Shown: positions 7,983 to 18,173, counted from the first letter of the stretch. The stretch: 52,456 bases of DNA from Lysobacterales bacterium (GCA_020442665.1 JAGRJP010000018.1:1-52456), one strand, 5' to 3'. The notes: generated by a model not told the origin, from the letters alone. Numbers and translations: made by a program.

Positions 7983-10064
7983 TTATTTTTTTCGCCAGAT
8001 AGTCATCTGGGAAACAGTCAACTGGTGTTTTCTCTTCGTTTCCCTTATCACAAACGGTATATTCTCCGGTTTTGCAATCAGTTCACACACATCGCTTAAA
8101 CACTCTTTTAAACCATCAAAAGTGGTGAAATTCTCGCCATTGACTTTTTTACCACCGAGCCAATTTTCTTTGGCTGTATATTCTTCCAACCAGGTGTAAG
8201 GAGAAGTTAACACCAATAAACCTCCGGCATTTAATCTCGTCACAATATCAGCTAAAAAGGCTTTCGGGTCGTATAATCTGTCAATCAAATTTCCTGCAAA
8301 TATCAGGTCATAGTCATTGTATTTGGGTTTCAAATTACAGGCATCACCTTGTGTAAATTCTACATTGTGAACTTTATCGCCGAGTTGTAATTCGGAGATA
8401 TCAAACTCCTTGAGAGTGGTTAACTCTCCTTCATCATCAATGAGATAGCGAATTTGACCATTTTCCTGCAATTTAATCGCATTCAAGATAAACCGCGTGG
8501 AAAAATCGACAGCATCGACTTTATCGAAATATCTTGCCAATTCAAAACTACTACGGCCAACGGCACAACCTATATCCAAAGCTTTATCAGTATTGATGCT
8601 TTCAAAATGCGGCTGAATGGTTTCAATACAGGTTTTGGGGAAATTAGTAATCTGGAAATAATCTTTGCCGTAGTGGAATTCCAGATATTGTGAAATCAAA
8701 GAATCAGTTTCATACATGTTATAAGTTGAATCTACCATGCTGTCCGATTCGATATATCGAAATCCGGCATGTTGAAAAAAGTGTCGGCGAAATGCATAAC
8801 GCGAATCCCGAATGATTTCATTTCCGGTCGAAATCCAGCTTCCACCTTTGATTAAATTGTGCTGACCATCAAAAGTCGGAACTGAAAAATCATCATACGC
8901 CTGGTGAACTTTAAACCCTTTAAAACCATCAATCGGTGTTTCTGTCCATTGCCAGACATTGCCGACCACATCGTAGAAGTCGCCATGCTCGAATGTGTCC
9001 ACTGGACATGACGATGCACAAAGTTTCAAATTGATATTGGCATCCATCTCCATTTTGTAATTTTGGTCATAAATCCGATAGTATTCCGGCTCGGTTGGTA
9101 AACGGATTTTTTTACCTTTTTTGGCACTCAGCCAACGACAAAAAGCCTTTGCTTCGAGGTAGTTTACATCCACAGGCCAACTCCAAGGCATATCAACTTC
9201 TTCCGTCATGGAACGATATTTGTAACCCTCTTCAGTCTTTTTCCAAAATGTCGGATATTCTGCTTTGCGAAATTCTTTCCAGGCCCAACCCTCTTCAGTC
9301 CACCATCTTTCAACTTTATAACCACCATCCTCGACAAATTCGAGAAACTCATGATTGCTGACCAGATATTTAGAGGCTTTGAATTCTTCGACTTCCGTTA
9401 TTTTTTCACCATACTCATTATCCCAGCCGTAGGTTGTGGCATTATCACCTTTCCCTTGCTTCACCATTCCCGCTGTTACCTTTAGCATCACATTGTCAGG
9501 AGCTGGCGAACCAAAATCCGCAAACGATTGCCAGTCAATATTGCTCTCAACCATTTCTAAAGGAAGTTGACGAATCAAAACTGATGAAGTTTCCAGATGG
9601 ATTCTTTCGTGTTCAATACCCATAAGAATAATCCAGAATGGATCATCCCAGCGGATTGGAACATCCAAAGGCAGTGTATCTATCAAACCATTGACAAGCT
9701 CTCTGACTTGATTTCGGTATACACGAACATTCTCGATGGCAGGCCATTCATAATTTTTCTCATCCAAATCATCCCATGACATTTCATCGACACCAATTGC
9801 CAACATAGACTCTAACTCAGGATTGACTCTGTCTTCAATAATTTTGGAAACATGCAGTTTATTGACAAAGAAAGTTGCTGTGTGCCCAAAATAAAAAATC
9901 AACGGATGCCTGAGTCGGTCAGGTCTTGCATAATATCCATCTTCGGTAATCACATTAAACAGCTTTTCATAAACATCATAGGTTTCGTTGAAATAGCTTT
10001 TTATCTCAACTCTTTTGTCTTCGGGATCGCCTGAATTTATTATTGGAGTTCGTGATATTTTCAT
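7983..10064 (-). CDS. ovoA: 5-histidylcysteine sulfoxide synthase / methyltransferase OvoA (ovothiol biosynthesis)
   Basis: 693 aa with three domains. The N-terminal DinB-like iron-binding part has HPLIFYFGHTATFFVNKL and GIEHERIHLETS. The central FGE-sulfatase-like part has GNVWQWT and GGSWIS. The C-terminal SAM methyltransferase part has ALDIGCAVGRSSFELA and DLIFAGNLIDRL. Confidence 0.85.
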   Translation of the reverse strand: MKISRTPIINSGDPEDKRVEIKSYFNETYDVYEKLFNVITEDGYYARPDRLRHPLIFYFGHTATFFVNKLHVSKIIEDRVNPELESMLAIGVDEMSWDDLDEKNYEWPAIENVRVYRNQVRELVNGLIDTLPLDVPIRWDDPFWIILMGIEHERIHLETSSVLIRQLPLEMVESNIDWQSFADFGSPAPDNVMLKVTAGMVKQGKGDNATTYGWDNEYGEKITEVEEFKASKYLVSNHEFLEFVEDGGYKVERWWTEEGWAWKEFRKAEYPTFWKKTEEGYKYRSMTEEVDMPWSWPVDVNYLEAKAFCRWLSAKKGKKIRLPTEPEYYRIYDQNYKMEMDANINLKLCASSCPVDTFEHGDFYDVVGNVWQWTETPIDGFKGFKVHQAYDDFSVPTFDGQHNLIKGGSWISTGNEIIRDSRYAFRRHFFQHAGFRYIESDSMVDSTYNMYETDSLISQYLEFHYGKDYFQITNFPKTCIETIQPHFESINTDKALDIGCAVGRSSFELARYFDKVDAVDFSTRFILNAIKLQENGQIRYLIDDEGELTTLKEFDISELQLGDKVHNVEFTQGDACNLKPKYNDYDLIFAGNLIDRLYDPKAFLADIVTRLNAGGLLVLTSPYTWLEEYTAKENWLGGKKVNGENFTTFDGLKECLSDVCELIAKPENIPFVIRETKRKHQLTVSQMTIWRKK

Positions 10065-10148
10065 AGATTTCAGTTACAAAATAACATTCTTGCCATTATA
10101 CATGGAAAAATTCATCACTCAAATTTTGATTGAGCTCTGATAAAATAT

Positions 10149-11444
10149 TTGACAAGCTCATTGAAATCACATTTTCCTTTAGCAAAATCCAAAGCAATGC
10201 TAAAATCATCGGCTTTGTATTCATTGGATAGACTTTTGCAATCAACCAATCAAATTAAAGAGATTTTACAAGATCAGCCGCACGAAATTATCAATCAGGA
10301 TGGACAAAACTTTGTCATACTCGGAACGGCTCATGTTTCACAGACCAGCGTTGATAAGGTTAATGAATTACTTAATACCGGAGAGTTTGATACTGTTGCT
10401 GTAGAATTGGATGAAATGCGTTTTGAGGCTATGACCAACCCCAATCGCTACAAAAATATGGACTTGTTAAGCATAATCAAAAACAAACAGACCGGCATGG
10501 TTGCTGTCAATTTAGCATTATCGGCTTATCAAAATCGCTTGGCAAAGCAACTAGGAGTTGAGCCGGGTGCGGAAATGAAAGCTGCAATCAACCAATCCAA
10601 TGAAAAAGAATTGAAACTTTGGAAGATTGACCGCAATATTCGCACAACCATGAAACGAGCCTGGCGAGGAATGAAATTTCTCGAAAAAGCCGGATTGCTG
10701 TTCAGTTTTGGTGGCTTTTTTGAAAAAGAAGAAATTTCCGCTGAAGAAATTGAAAAACTGAAAAAAGGTGATGTATTGGAAAGCACTTTCTCAGATTTTG
10801 CCAGCGAATCACAACCATTATACAGAAGCCTGATTCATGAACGTGATGAATACATGGCTGCAAGGTTACTTCAGGAAAGTAAAGATAAGGATGCAAGAAA
10901 TATTCTAGTTGTTATTGGAGCAGGACATTTGCAAGGGATGAGTCAGGCTTTGCGAGATAAAATTGATGCAGAGAAAACTGTTGCTGAACTGGATGTCATT
11001 CCTCCCGGTGGCAAATGGCTCAAACTTCTTCCGTGGATAATTACTGCTGTGATTGTTGCCGGTTTTGCAATTGGATTCAGTCGCAGTCCGGAATTGGGTT
11101 GGGATTTAATCAAAACTTGGATTATTTTCAACGGGGTTTTCGCAGCACTAGGAGCTCTCGTCGCACGAGCACACATTGTAACAATTATTTCGGCATTTAT
11201 TGCCGCACCGATAACATCACTCAATCCCGCAGTTGCTGCCGGAATGGTTGCAGCATTGGTTGAAACTTATTTTAGAAAACCTAAAGTGGTTGATTTTGAA
11301 AATTTACAAAACGATGCCACTGAACTCAAAGGTTGGTGGACAAATCCGATCACACGAATTTTACTGGTCTTTATTTTAACAAACCTAGGATCAGCCATTG
11401 GAACATGGGTCTCCGGTTTTAAAATTGCAGCAGCATTGGTTTAA
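10149..11444 (+). CDS. TraB/GumN family protein with C-terminal TM helices
   Basis: 431 aa with TraB-family hallmarks (ILGTAHVSQTSV, VAVELD, GAGHLQG) and about 4 C-terminal TM segments. The track start is TTG. ATG 10197 is an alternative start. Confidence 0.75.
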   Translation: MTSSLKSHFPLAKSKAMLKSSALYSLDRLLQSTNQIKEILQDQPHEIINQDGQNFVILGTAHVSQTSVDKVNELLNTGEFDTVAVELDEMRFEAMTNPNRYKNMDLLSIIKNKQTGMVAVNLALSAYQNRLAKQLGVEPGAEMKAAINQSNEKELKLWKIDRNIRTTMKRAWRGMKFLEKAGLLFSFGGFFEKEEISAEEIEKLKKGDVLESTFSDFASESQPLYRSLIHERDEYMAARLLQESKDKDARNILVVIGAGHLQGMSQALRDKIDAEKTVAELDVIPPGGKWLKLLPWIITAVIVAGFAIGFSRSPELGWDLIKTWIIFNGVFAALGALVARAHIVTIISAFIAAPITSLNPAVAAGMVAALVETYFRKPKVVDFENLQNDATELKGWWTNPITRILLVFILTNLGSAIGTWVSGFKIAAALV

Positions 11445-11447
11445 CAA

Positions 11448-12428
11448 ATGACTCTCCCTATTCTCAAAATCGGTTCGTTTACTTTGCCCAATCCTGTAGC
11501 ATTAGCTCCGATGAGTGGGGTGACCGACCGCCCTTTTCGTCAATTATGCCGAAAACTGGGAGCCGGATATGTGGTTTCTGAAATGCTGACCTGTGATTTA
11601 TCGCTTTTGAAGTCCGCCAAAACACAATTTCGTCTCAATCATGATGGTGAACCATCACCGATTGTCACTCAAATTGCCGGTGCTGACCCTGAAAAAGTGG
11701 TAGAAGCTGCCAAATTCAATGTGGAAAACGGTTCGCAAATCATTGACATCAACATGGGTTGCCCCGCTAAAAAAGTGTATAGAAAATCCTGTGGTTCAGC
11801 ACTGATGGCTTATCCGGAATTGGTTAAAGACATTCTGCAAGCAACCGTCGAGTCTGTTGATTGCCCGGTGACTTTAAAAATGCGACTGGGAATTGACTCT
11901 GACACCATCAACGTCATGGAAATTGCCGAAATTGCACAAAATTGTGGCATTAAAGCCTTGTTTATTCACGGCCGAACCCGCATACAAAAGTACACAGGAA
12001 AAGCCGATTATTCGCAGATAAAATTGGTTAAGAAAAACAGCGACATTCCGGTCATTGCCAATGGAGATATTGAATCTCCGCAAAAAGCCGCACAAGTATT
12101 TGAAGATACAAATTGCGACGGCATTATGATTGGCAGAGCCGCACAGGGAAATCCCTGGATTTTTCGTGAAATTTTGCACTATTTGCAAACCGGTAAATTT
12201 TTACCCAAACCGTCAAATGATGAAATCATTCAAACCATGTTTGAACATGTTGAAAATCTTCATCAGTTTTACGGAGAGTATAAAGGTATGATGATTGCAA
12301 GATCACATATCGGTTGGTTTCTGAAAAGAGCCAACCAAAAATCTATCGCCCGCAAACTCTACACCATAGACAATGCGGAGGAACAACTATCGTTCATATA
12401 CAACAATTTAATGAGGAAAGCCGCATGA
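11448..12428 (+). CDS. dusB: tRNA-dihydrouridine synthase B
   Basis: 326 aa with Dus motifs (LAPMSGVTDRPFR, DINMGCPAKKV, GSALM, HGRTR, ANGDI, GIMIGRAAQGNPWIF). Confidence 0.92.
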   Translation: MTLPILKIGSFTLPNPVALAPMSGVTDRPFRQLCRKLGAGYVVSEMLTCDLSLLKSAKTQFRLNHDGEPSPIVTQIAGADPEKVVEAAKFNVENGSQIIDINMGCPAKKVYRKSCGSALMAYPELVKDILQATVESVDCPVTLKMRLGIDSDTINVMEIAEIAQNCGIKALFIHGRTRIQKYTGKADYSQIKLVKKNSDIPVIANGDIESPQKAAQVFEDTNCDGIMIGRAAQGNPWIFREILHYLQTGKFLPKPSNDEIIQTMFEHVENLHQFYGEYKGMMIARSHIGWFLKRANQKSIARKLYTIDNAEEQLSFIYNNLMRKAA

Positions 12429-15199
12429 GTTTAAAAAACTGGTTCAATAAACCCAAATGGAAAAGCAAAGATGCCAACATCAGAGCCATCGCCGTCAGTT
12501 CCGATAATTCACCTGAATTACTGTCGATGCTTGCCAGTATCAGCCAGAATGACGAATCAGCAAATGTTCGTTCAGCTGCGTTGAAGAGGCTGGATGATTA
12601 TCAATTAATTGCCAAAATTGCAGAAAATGACAAAGATGATGATGTCAAAAATGCGGCTGTTAAAATATTGCAAGACTGGTTTATCAATCAGGATGATATC
12701 CAGCAAAAAGAATTGATTAAAACTCTTAGCAACTCTCGAATTATTGAAACCGTCGCTGCCGGTGCTAAAAATAGCGATGTTCGTGAAATTTGTATCAACA
12801 AAATCAGTAAACAAGGTTTATTAGGCGATTTACTTATCAATGAAAAAAACAGCCAATTACGTCAATTGATACTTTCAAAAATTGACAAACCGGCAACTCT
12901 AAAGCGAATTCTGAAATCCGCAAAGAACAAAGATAAAGCCATCGTCAAAGCCATTCGTGAAAAGCTCGAAAATGACGGTGATGTTGCAAAAATGGTTGAA
13001 CAAAAAGCCCTTGATTTATGCGAACAAATGGAGAAATTTATTCATAATCGCAATCTCTATGGTAAATCTGATGTGGATGCCGTTTTTTCACAATGGCAGG
13101 AACTTGCCTATAGCCACGACTTAAGCACCTTCGCGCAACGATTTGAAGGAGCTCATCGCACGGCCAGTCTGACATTCGACCCGCAACAACGTGACGAATT
13201 TCTGAATCAACAAAGACAACAAAGAATCAATAGCAAAATTGCAGAATTACAAGCTGCTATCACGGATTCTCAAAACTCTACTTGGGAACAACTTCAAAAC
13301 CAAATTAGTAAATACAGCGGCTTTGACCTTAGCTTTGCTGATGATATTCAAAAAACTGAATACGATAATCTCCTGGAGCAATTAACCACGCTTAGAGACA
13401 AACAATCACAAAAACAGGATTTGCCGGCGGGGTTAATCAATGTTGCCGATAAACTCGATGCTGCTCTCAAACAGAAATACAATCAGCCGCGTCAAATTTC
13501 GCAGTTCCGCAAGATGTGGGATGAGAATGCCAAATCCGCCAAAAACAACACCGCATTTAACACTCTGAAAGCTAAATTTGACAACTCAATGCTAATGCTT
13601 GCAGATAAAATTGAGAAGTCCGCAAATCTTCGCGATGAAGCGGCCCAAAATGCCGTTGCGGCCATTGAAAAAGCCAGACAACAAATTAAAGATGGTCATT
13701 TATCTGATGCCAAAATCATTATGAATAAAATCGCTGCCAATAAAAAAATTGCTGGCAATCATCCGCTCATTCGTGAAAATAAATTTGATTTTGATACCTT
13801 ATGGAACGAACTCAAAGAACTCAGACAATGGCAAAGATGGAGCAATGACAAAGTCAGGGTTCGTCTGATTGAAGAATTACAACAATTGGTTGGCACCGGA
13901 ACTCATCCAGATGCTCTTTTGAAAAAAATGAAGGAAGCCAACGCTCAATGGAAAGACATGGAAGATCACGAAAAACTCGAAGGTGATCGTTACAATGTCC
14001 GCAATCAGGAACTCTATGGACAATTCAGAGAAGTACAAAAGGCATTATTTGAGCCGGCACAAACTTTCTTTGAAAAGCGTTCAGAAATTTGGAGCAAAGA
14101 GCTTGAAGCTCTTGAACAAAAAATCCAAACATTACATGAAATCAATCTTCAGGAAACTGAAGATCGTGATTTGGCACGCTTGGTTCGTGACGCTCTGAAA
14201 CAACTGAGAAATCTGGATAAAATTCCACCGAAAAATCGTGGAAAATGCGCAGCTCGCATTCGCGCCGGTGTTGCCCGAATTGATGCCCACCTGCAAGAAT
14301 CATACAAAATTGCCACTCGTCGTAAAGAAAAACTCATCGAGATGGCAATTGACCTCATCGAAATGGAAGACCTGTCCTCAGCTATTGAACAGGCAAAAGT
14401 TCTTCAACAAGAATGGAAAACCGCCGGAATTGTTCAACAATCTCAGGAAAGAAAACTGTGGAAGAAATTCCGAAAAGCCAACGATGCTGTTTTCAATCGT
14501 TTGCAAGAACAAAGAGACATCGTCAAACAGGAAAACCAGGCACAATTCAATCAGGCTAATGAACTCGTCGCCTCTTTTGAAAAATCGGTTAAATCCGAGA
14601 AATCAGCACAAGCCATTAATAGTCTGATTGAAAAATTTAAGGATGAATGGAATGCTTTGAAAGTTGATAACCGAAACCTGCAAAACAAAGCCAAGAAAAT
14701 CATAGAAAACGGCGAGCAAAAAGCCAACTCTATGGTTCACTCTGAAAACTTTAAACAACTCAAAGCCGTTGAAAAATTTGCAGATATCTGCCAAAAACTT
14801 GAAAACAAACAAATTGATGCGGAATCAGCCCAACAAGCATGGGATAAACTTTCTTCGCTTGATGATAACAAGTTGATGAAAAAGCTACAAAACAGGCTAT
14901 CAAATGCAGATAGCGAAAATCCTGATTATACTGAGCACGCCAACAATCTTCTGATTGCTTCAGAATACTTGATTGGCATCGCGTCACCGGATGAACACAA
15001 AGAAAAACGCCTCGCCTATCAGGTTGAAGAACTGTCCAAACACATGAGTGGTGAAGAAAACCTCGACCCAATCCAAAAAGCCAGCAACCTTTTAGCTGAT
15101 TGGTTTACACTCGGTGGAACAGATGCGAAGTTCCAAAAATCCAACGAAAAACGCATCAAGAAAGTTCTCAAAGGATTGTTTGATTTAGTGAAAGGATGA
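12425..15199 (+). CDS. DUF349 repeat protein (about 924 aa)
   Basis: Start reassigned to ATG 12425, an ATGA overlap with the dusB stop; the 37 codons upstream in the track ORF are dusB read out of frame. It contains repeated helical modules with the DUF349-type signature (...LWKKFRKANDAVFNRLQEQR..., ...LYGQFREVQKALFEPAQTFFEKR...). Confidence 0.75.
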   Translation: MSLKNWFNKPKWKSKDANIRAIAVSSDNSPELLSMLASISQNDESANVRSAALKRLDDYQLIAKIAENDKDDDVKNAAVKILQDWFINQDDIQQKELIKTLSNSRIIETVAAGAKNSDVREICINKISKQGLLGDLLINEKNSQLRQLILSKIDKPATLKRILKSAKNKDKAIVKAIREKLENDGDVAKMVEQKALDLCEQMEKFIHNRNLYGKSDVDAVFSQWQELAYSHDLSTFAQRFEGAHRTASLTFDPQQRDEFLNQQRQQRINSKIAELQAAITDSQNSTWEQLQNQISKYSGFDLSFADDIQKTEYDNLLEQLTTLRDKQSQKQDLPAGLINVADKLDAALKQKYNQPRQISQFRKMWDENAKSAKNNTAFNTLKAKFDNSMLMLADKIEKSANLRDEAAQNAVAAIEKARQQIKDGHLSDAKIIMNKIAANKKIAGNHPLIRENKFDFDTLWNELKELRQWQRWSNDKVRVRLIEELQQLVGTGTHPDALLKKMKEANAQWKDMEDHEKLEGDRYNVRNQELYGQFREVQKALFEPAQTFFEKRSEIWSKELEALEQKIQTLHEINLQETEDRDLARLVRDALKQLRNLDKIPPKNRGKCAARIRAGVARIDAHLQESYKIATRRKEKLIEMAIDLIEMEDLSSAIEQAKVLQQEWKTAGIVQQSQERKLWKKFRKANDAVFNRLQEQRDIVKQENQAQFNQANELVASFEKSVKSEKSAQAINSLIEKFKDEWNALKVDNRNLQNKAKKIIENGEQKANSMVHSENFKQLKAVEKFADICQKLENKQIDAESAQQAWDKLSSLDDNKLMKKLQNRLSNADSENPDYTEHANNLLIASEYLIGIASPDEHKEKRLAYQVEELSKHMSGEENLDPIQKASNLLADWFTLGGTDAKFQKSNEKRIKKVLKGLFDLVKG

Positions 15200-15210
15200 T
15201 TATAGTATTA

Positions 15211-15252
15211 AATCAATAGAGTCTGGTACTCAAGTGCCAGATCCTATTGATT
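15211..15252. terminator. Hairpin between convergent genes (likely bidirectional terminator)
   Basis: AATCAATAG(AGTCTGG)...(CCAGATC)CTATTGATT. The outer 9-nt arms are perfectly complementary and the inner arms partly so. It lies between the DUF349 gene (+) and the MoxR gene (-). Confidence 0.5.
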
Positions 15253-15310
15253 GTACTAGACTGATGAATGACTAGAACAATCAGATAAATATAAACTAAC
15301 AAAAAACCAA

Positions 15311-16147
15311 CTATCTTCTCATCATAAACGCCAGTCGCTGAACCAAATCCACGTCCTGTTCGTTTTTTAGCAAGGCGCCGTAAAGTGGTGGAATAGCTTC
15401 TTTGATACCTTTATTTTGTAACACTTCAAGTGGAATATTGTCTGCTAGTAGCAATTTAATCCAATCCACCAACTCGGAGGTTGAAGGTTTTTTCTTCAAA
15501 CCCGGAACTTCTCGGAGTTGAAAAAACACATCCAGTGCAGCCTTGACCAATTCGTGTTGAATGTTAGGAAAATGCACATCAACAATCGCCTGCATGGTTT
15601 TTTTATCAGGGAAATCAATGTAATGAAAAAAACAACGACGCAGAAAAGCATCGGGCAGTTCTTTTTCATTGTTGCTGGTGATGATAATAATTGGGCGATG
15701 TTTGGCTTTTATTTGTTCACCGGTTTCATAAACCGAAAACTCCATCTGATCCAGTTCTACCAGCAAATCATTGGGGAACTCAATATCCGCTTTATCAATT
15801 TCATCAATCAGTAAAATGGCTTGTTCATCCGAATGAAATGCCTGCCAGATTTTACCCGGTTTGATGTAATTGGAAATATCATGAACCTTGTCATCCCCCA
15901 GTTGCGAATCCCGCAAACGTGATACCGCATCATATTCGTATAAACCTTGCTGAGCCTTGGTGGTCGATTTGATATGCCAGCTTATCAGTGGCTTACCCAA
16001 TGAATCTGCTACTTCCTGTGCCAGCATGGTTTTGCCAGTTCCCGGCTCGCCTTTTATCAATAAGGGGCGTTGCAATGTAACAGCAGCATTAACTGCCATG
16101 CTCAAGTCATCGGTTGCTATGTAGTTTTTGGTTCCGTTGAATTTCAT
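15311..16147 (-). CDS. MoxR-like AAA+ ATPase (AAA_5 type)
   Basis: 278 aa with Walker A GEPGTGKT, Walker B ILLIDEIDKA, sensor region ITSNNEKELPDAFLRRC, and a short MoxR-type C-terminal lid. Confidence 0.85.
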   Translation of the reverse strand: MKFNGTKNYIATDDLSMAVNAAVTLQRPLLIKGEPGTGKTMLAQEVADSLGKPLISWHIKSTTKAQQGLYEYDAVSRLRDSQLGDDKVHDISNYIKPGKIWQAFHSDEQAILLIDEIDKADIEFPNDLLVELDQMEFSVYETGEQIKAKHRPIIIITSNNEKELPDAFLRRCFFHYIDFPDKKTMQAIVDVHFPNIQHELVKAALDVFFQLREVPGLKKKPSTSELVDWIKLLLADNIPLEVLQNKGIKEAIPPLYGALLKNEQDVDLVQRLAFMMRR

Positions 16148-16213
16148 GTTCTACTTTGTTAATTTCATTTTTGCATAGCAATACAAAGGCATAGCTACAA
16201 TAATTTCCTGAAT

Positions 16214-17620
16214 CTAGTTGCTAGTTATGATAAGTTTTTCAATTGTATCACCTTCTTTTATTGTTAAAGAAAAAGATTCATTGTAGCCCTTATGTTTCCC
16301 TAAAGTTTGTATTTTTACTTTATAGGTACCTGGATTGAGGACAAATTTCTTTGGATTACTTCTGGAACTGGTGTAAGTTCTGCTCCCTGAAACATTTTTT
16401 CCGCTGAGTTCTTCATAAAAATTAACCGTAGCATCAATAAGTTCACCACTTTCAGATTGAACGCCTATCATCGCTACACCACTGCTGAAATCATGATTTG
16501 ATTCAGTTATAGAGTTACCTTCAACCTCCACATCATTCTTTGTAAAAACTGTTTCCGTTCCATCCAGTGCTAGAGCCTGATAGACAATCTTATATGTTCC
16601 CGCTAAAACCTCCATTTGTTGAGCTTTACCATATGTCCTTGATTGAGCAATGAGGTTACCTGTGAGTTGATCATACATTTTAACTGTTGAATCCCATGGC
16701 TGACTATTGTTTGTTGTTGCCACTTGTAGAATACCTCCATCAAAATTAATATCCTGATGTTTGACCTCTCCCTCTTTTATTTCAACAGAGATATACTTTG
16801 CCGGAATATCACTTCCCTCTAAAGGTTTCACTTCAATGTCATATTTTCCTGGAGGCAGATAAACCCAACCTTTTCTACGGTATGTTCTGGAACCCTCCAG
16901 ATCTTTTTTTGTAACAGCATCTTTTGGTTTAATCCATGCATCAACCGGCTCACCATTTTTTTCCGCATAAATCGAGAAGTTGCCATCCGGCTCATCAACT
17001 GTTAATTTAGTTGCATCAATTAAGACATCATTCAAACCTGCTGCATTTTCTGCATCATAATAATTGCCATTACTCGCCTCTGCCGCACAAATTAATTGCT
17101 GTTTTTCATCCTCTTTCAAACCAAAACCAACAATATGCATTTTAAAATCGATACCATCGGACTGAGCCTTCGTCACAACATCACAAATATTACCATCACA
17201 AGATTCAATACCATCAGTGACCAAAATTATTGTTGCTTTGGTACTATTTACTTTTAAAGAATCGATTACCAATGTTGCTGAACGAGCCAATGGGGTTTTG
17301 CCAAGTGGATTTATGCTCTTTATTGCATTTATTACCCGTGTTTTATCTTCATTTGCGATATCTGCAATATATTCAATATCATCACAGTTTCCTTTATTTC
17401 TGTGGCCATATGCTACTAATCCTATATTTTGATTTTCCGGCAGGGAATCAACAATATTTGATAATACTTCGGAAGCTATTTCCTTCTTTGATTTGCCATC
17501 AATTTGACCCCACATTGAGCCACTAGCATCATAAATAAAAAGAATCGGAGATTGTTTATCTTGTGCCTGCAAAATTGTGGCAATGAACATAAAACAAAGC
17601 AAAAAAATAATTTTTTTCAT
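16214..17620 (-). CDS. Exported von Willebrand factor A domain protein with repeated beta-sandwich modules
   Basis: 468 aa. It has a signal peptide (MKKIIFLLCFMFIATILQAQ) and a vWA domain with MIDAS motif DASGS (ILFIYDASGSMWG...LVTDGIESC). These are followed by about 3 repeats carrying PGKYDIEVKP / AGTYKIVYQA / PGTYKVKIQT-type strands. Confidence 0.8.
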   Translation of the reverse strand: MKKIIFLLCFMFIATILQAQDKQSPILFIYDASGSMWGQIDGKSKKEIASEVLSNIVDSLPENQNIGLVAYGHRNKGNCDDIEYIADIANEDKTRVINAIKSINPLGKTPLARSATLVIDSLKVNSTKATIILVTDGIESCDGNICDVVTKAQSDGIDFKMHIVGFGLKEDEKQQLICAAEASNGNYYDAENAAGLNDVLIDATKLTVDEPDGNFSIYAEKNGEPVDAWIKPKDAVTKKDLEGSRTYRRKGWVYLPPGKYDIEVKPLEGSDIPAKYISVEIKEGEVKHQDINFDGGILQVATTNNSQPWDSTVKMYDQLTGNLIAQSRTYGKAQQMEVLAGTYKIVYQALALDGTETVFTKNDVEVEGNSITESNHDFSSGVAMIGVQSESGELIDATVNFYEELSGKNVSGSRTYTSSRSNPKKFVLNPGTYKVKIQTLGKHKGYNESFSLTIKEGDTIEKLIITSN

Positions 17621-17670
17621 AGTTTACACCCTGAAATTAAGTGAAATAACTTATTGATAGTAGCACAGTT

Positions 17671-18063
17671 TTATAACTTATCCAAAGCATCCTGATAACG
17701 CTTTTCAACAAATCCACCTAAGACCGTATTTCCGATAATTGTCAGCGGTGTGCCTTTACCTCCAAGTTCACGAAACAATTTGGCATCTTCATCAGAAAAC
17801 TCTATATCCCTATCACAATACGCCACTCCATTTTCTGCAAAAAACTTTTTCGCTTTCTCGCAGTATGGACAATATGATGTTGAAAACATGACGATGTCAC
17901 AATTCGGATCAATATCACGGGCCGATACGTCCTGATTAATAACTTTGATTTGAGTCTGATAGATGAAATACAAAGCCACTGCAGCAGCACTGTACAACAA
18001 TCCGGGTAAAATGTATTTTTTGATTTTGTTCATTAAATTTTCTGGTTTATTATTGAATAGCAT
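17671..18063 (-). CDS. Membrane-anchored glutaredoxin-family protein
   Basis: 130 aa with an N-terminal TM helix, then a glutaredoxin fold with the CPYC active site (MFSTSYCPYCEKAKKFF...GTPLTIIG). Confidence 0.75.
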   Translation of the reverse strand: MLFNNKPENLMNKIKKYILPGLLYSAAAVALYFIYQTQIKVINQDVSARDIDPNCDIVMFSTSYCPYCEKAKKFFAENGVAYCDRDIEFSDEDAKLFRELGGKGTPLTIIGNTVLGGFVEKRYQDALDKL

Positions 18064-18173
18064 TTGACAGGTATTCTATTTAAAAGGTCACTTTAATACT
18101 ATTAAATTATAGAATTAAAAAATAACTATCAAGGCGACTATGAATTAACCTCGACTCATGTAGAATATAAACC

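Noticed and set aside
10529-11263. Multiple 60-130-aa ORFs antisense to or nested in long genes, for example 10529..10786, 10943..11224, 14149..14358, 14238..14627, 37464..37739 and 48531..48782
   Set aside because: All lie inside well-supported longer genes, lack SD sequences, and have the skewed amino-acid composition typical of off-frame translation.
12314-12424. N-terminal extensions of several track ORFs (12314, 19992, 25638, 46731, 4540)
   Set aside because: Each extension overlaps the 3' end of the upstream gene in another frame. An internal ATG placed at or next to the upstream stop gives an N-terminus that matches the family, so I used the shorter starts.
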